DNA of 64,000 bases, taken from a virus (lineage: Duplodnaviria; Caudoviricetes). Of this stretch, positions 62,100-64,000 are shown piece by piece; position 1 is the first letter of the stretch, and each line of letters opens with the position of its first letter. The DNA is taken from positions 32,001 through 96,000 of the IMG/VR virus record IMGVR_UViG_3300037067_026010, one strand, 5' to 3'. The notes beneath the pieces are model-generated. The model was not told where the DNA came from. It saw only the letters and a list, made by a program, of their open reading frames with translations, and did not search any database. A program made the translations under genes and the position numbers.

Positions 62100-63470
62100 T
62101 CATTCGTAGGTCGGAAATCCGCTTAGGTCCGCGACGGTTAGTTGATATGGCGTATTGCCGTTTGCCACTTCTCCGGCGGACAGTCCGGCGGCGTTGCTTA
62201 ATGTGGCCATCGCAGCGTTGATCGAAGTGTATCTAGCCGTAGTTCGCGTGAACGCGGCACTGATAATTCCCGCCAGACATGGCTGGCCGTCAACAATCGC
62301 GCACATTGCCGAGCCGGAATCTCCAAAACCGCAATAGCCGATCATCGCTGGGTAGTCCGGCGGAGCGTAAGTGTAGCCGGTTGGCACGTCGCCTGGATCA
62401 GTAGGCGGGTAAAGTGAACTGAAACTCGAAAAATATTGCGACGTGCTCGGTATTATTCCAACCACATCCACCTGCCTAAATCGACCAACATGAATCCCGT
62501 AGAGCGGGTGCGTTATCCAGTTCGTGCCCGTACACGTTGGCATATACGTCTCACTGACCGAGTCAATCGGCATGACGGACAAAGGCACTACGGTTGCGGG
62601 AACATCGTCGTCGAGAATACCCACACACAGATCGAGCTGTTCGCTACCGATTTGCATGTAATTGCTGCTCTGCGTAGGAAGCGCAGCCACAGTCCGCATG
62701 ACCATCTCGCCGTCGGAATCGAGGAAATACAGCCTGCAACCTACTGCGGGATGGTAGTGTCCCGCTCCGATGAAATGTCGCTTACTGATTAGTGTGGCAG
62801 TAACGCCCATGTTATTTCCTGGCAGTGGTCCGTTATAGACACTGCCGCTCGCATAACAGGCGAACGCGCTAAAATCCAGGTCTGCCGCCCAACAATTCGG
62901 GTTCAGTTGCATCTGGAATACCGAGTAGTCAGGGTCGTATGGCTGATGGAACTGTGTCCAGGCATTCGCAAGATAGATTCTTCCCGTCTTAAATCCATCG
63001 TTCCAGTTCTGCGAAGTGCATACCGCCGCTCTCTGCGCAAACCAATCATTAGCGTATTTCGCGTAGCACCCTTCAACAAACGAGTTATAGACGTAATGCG
63101 TCGCTTGCGCTGCGGAACTCACTGCAACTGAAATCTGTCGAGTTTGTCCCCCCGCCGTGACGTTGAATTTTGCCGTGCCCGTGCCAACGCGAATTAGGCG
63201 ATGGTTTTCATCAACCGTCGCAATTGTTGGGTTCAACGCTACTACAAAATCTACCTCCAACCCGATCGGATAGATATTTTGCAGCTCGAAATACCCATCC
63301 GAAGTCACTACCGCGTCGTAATGCACCGTGGCGTTTGTATCGAGATAAACAACATCCTCGGACGTTCCGCCAGCAAACTCGCTCTCGTCAATAAACACCG
63401 GCGTAAAATCGGCATTGCTCGGGCCGATCACTAGACCACTATCAGAATTTCCGTTGATGTTTACTGCCAT
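62100..63470 (-). CDS. Putative tail/virion protein: Ig-like domain plus trypsin-like serine protease
   Basis: From ATG 63470: NPTIATVDENHRLIRVGTGTAKFNVTAGG (Big_2-like); ATLISKRHFIGAGH (His), DLCVGIL (Asp) and GDSGS (Ser). Confidence 0.75.
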   Translation of the reverse strand: MAVNINGNSDSGLVIGPSNADFTPVFIDESEFAGGTSEDVVYLDTNATVHYDAVVTSDGYFELQNIYPIGLEVDFVVALNPTIATVDENHRLIRVGTGTAKFNVTAGGQTRQISVAVSSAAQATHYVYNSFVEGCYAKYANDWFAQRAAVCTSQNWNDGFKTGRIYLANAWTQFHQPYDPDYSVFQMQLNPNCWAADLDFSAFACYASGSVYNGPLPGNNMGVTATLISKRHFIGAGHYHPAVGCRLYFLDSDGEMVMRTVAALPTQSSNYMQIGSEQLDLCVGILDDDVPATVVPLSVMPIDSVSETYMPTCTGTNWITHPLYGIHVGRFRQVDVVGIIPSTSQYFSSFSSLYPPTDPGDVPTGYTYAPPDYPAMIGYCGFGDSGSAMCAIVDGQPCLAGIISAAFTRTTARYTSINAAMATLSNAAGLSAGEVANGNTPYQLTVADLSGFPTYE

Positions 63471-64000
63471 TACTGCTTCACCGTCAAAAGTACCTGCACG
63501 TTGCCGATTTCCAAAAGCTTGTTCGAGGTTCCGCCGGTGTCGTTCGCTACGCCGGTAAGCTCGATATCTAGCAAGTCGCCCGCAGCCAAGCCCGTGGGTG
63601 TGATCGTAAAATTGTAATCTGCAAAGGCATCCGTGATGGTCTGTGCCGCCGTGGCGCAGATATCGGAACCGACACCTGCCTCGCCGTCGCCCTTGAAGCA
63701 CGTCGCGTCGATGGTCTGTGCTGTGGCAACGTTGCCTGTCATGCGACACTTCACCCGCAACGTCACGGTCCCGCCCGCCGCGTACTCGGTCGGCAACGTA
63801 AAGAGGAATCGAGCCTTGTCCGTTTTTGAATCCCCGTTAGCCGCTTCGCCCACCAGTTTCGGCGATGCCGATCCGGACGTGCCATAGGTCAATCCGAACG
63901 CGCCCGCCGGGGTTCCGGCAGCGGTCCCAAGCAACGCGCCCGTGCCCGTGACCCGCAAATTATCGATCGCGACTGTCTGAATTTCTACAGCGTTGGACTC
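63470..64000 (-). CDS. Virion/tail-associated protein, 5' end beyond the window
   Basis: The frame is open to the window edge (ESNAVEIQTVAIDNLRVTG...); G/T/A-rich, beta-type composition. Confidence 0.6.
   Translation of the reverse strand, partial: ESNAVEIQTVAIDNLRVTGTGALLGTAAGTPAGAFGLTYGTSGSASPKLVGEAANGDSKTDKARFLFTLPTEYAAGGTVTLRVKCRMTGNVATAQTIDATCFKGDGEAGVGSDICATAAQTITDAFADYNFTITPTGLAAGDLLDIELTGVANDTGGTSNKLLEIGNVQVLLTVKQ

Noticed and set aside
122-63887. Numerous long plus-strand ORFs (e.g. 6590..7549, 10197..11195, 32257..33384)
   Set aside because: They are antisense shadows of well-supported minus-strand genes in high-GC DNA, with no recognisable motifs.
1-64000. Portal, terminase, integrase, rRNA, tRNA, CRISPR array, alternative genetic code
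   Set aside because: None recognisable; genes tile densely under the standard code.

Overview
This window is a 64-kb segment of a large, GC-rich tailed (myovirus-type) bacteriophage genome. All credible genes are on the minus strand; the plus-strand ORFs look like shadows. Reading in the direction of transcription (right to left), the window contains: (i) tail/fibre proteins, one with a trypsin-like domain; (ii) a cluster of 9 glycosyltransferases with a radical SAM/SPASM enzyme and a methyltransferase; (iii) a cold-shock protein, a bacterioferritin, a candidate structured RNA, and a polyvalent protein (iPPase-like, C39, HExxH, LigD phosphoesterase, ATP-dependent ligase) broken by a 1-nt frameshift; (iv) a sigma70-like factor; (v) a membrane/lysis-like module with a papain-type peptidase split by a mini-intein; (vi) a phage multi-subunit RNA polymerase made of a beta/beta'-N fusion plus a separate beta'-C, carrying three inteins and lacking both beta' zinc sites; (vii) head genes (prohead protease, scaffold-like proteins, decoration protein, HK97-type major capsid); (viii) neck proteins, tail sheath, tail tube and a spike-like protein. 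Two unexplained window-wide patterns stand out. A K-x-A motif punctuates many presumed head proteins, often at domain boundaries, and is a candidate maturation-protease code for packaged polyproteins. An exact 16-bp quasi-palindrome, CGGTAATTAAGCACCG, occurs 4 times, plus once with 1 mismatch. All function calls come from motif recognition by eye, not from database searches.
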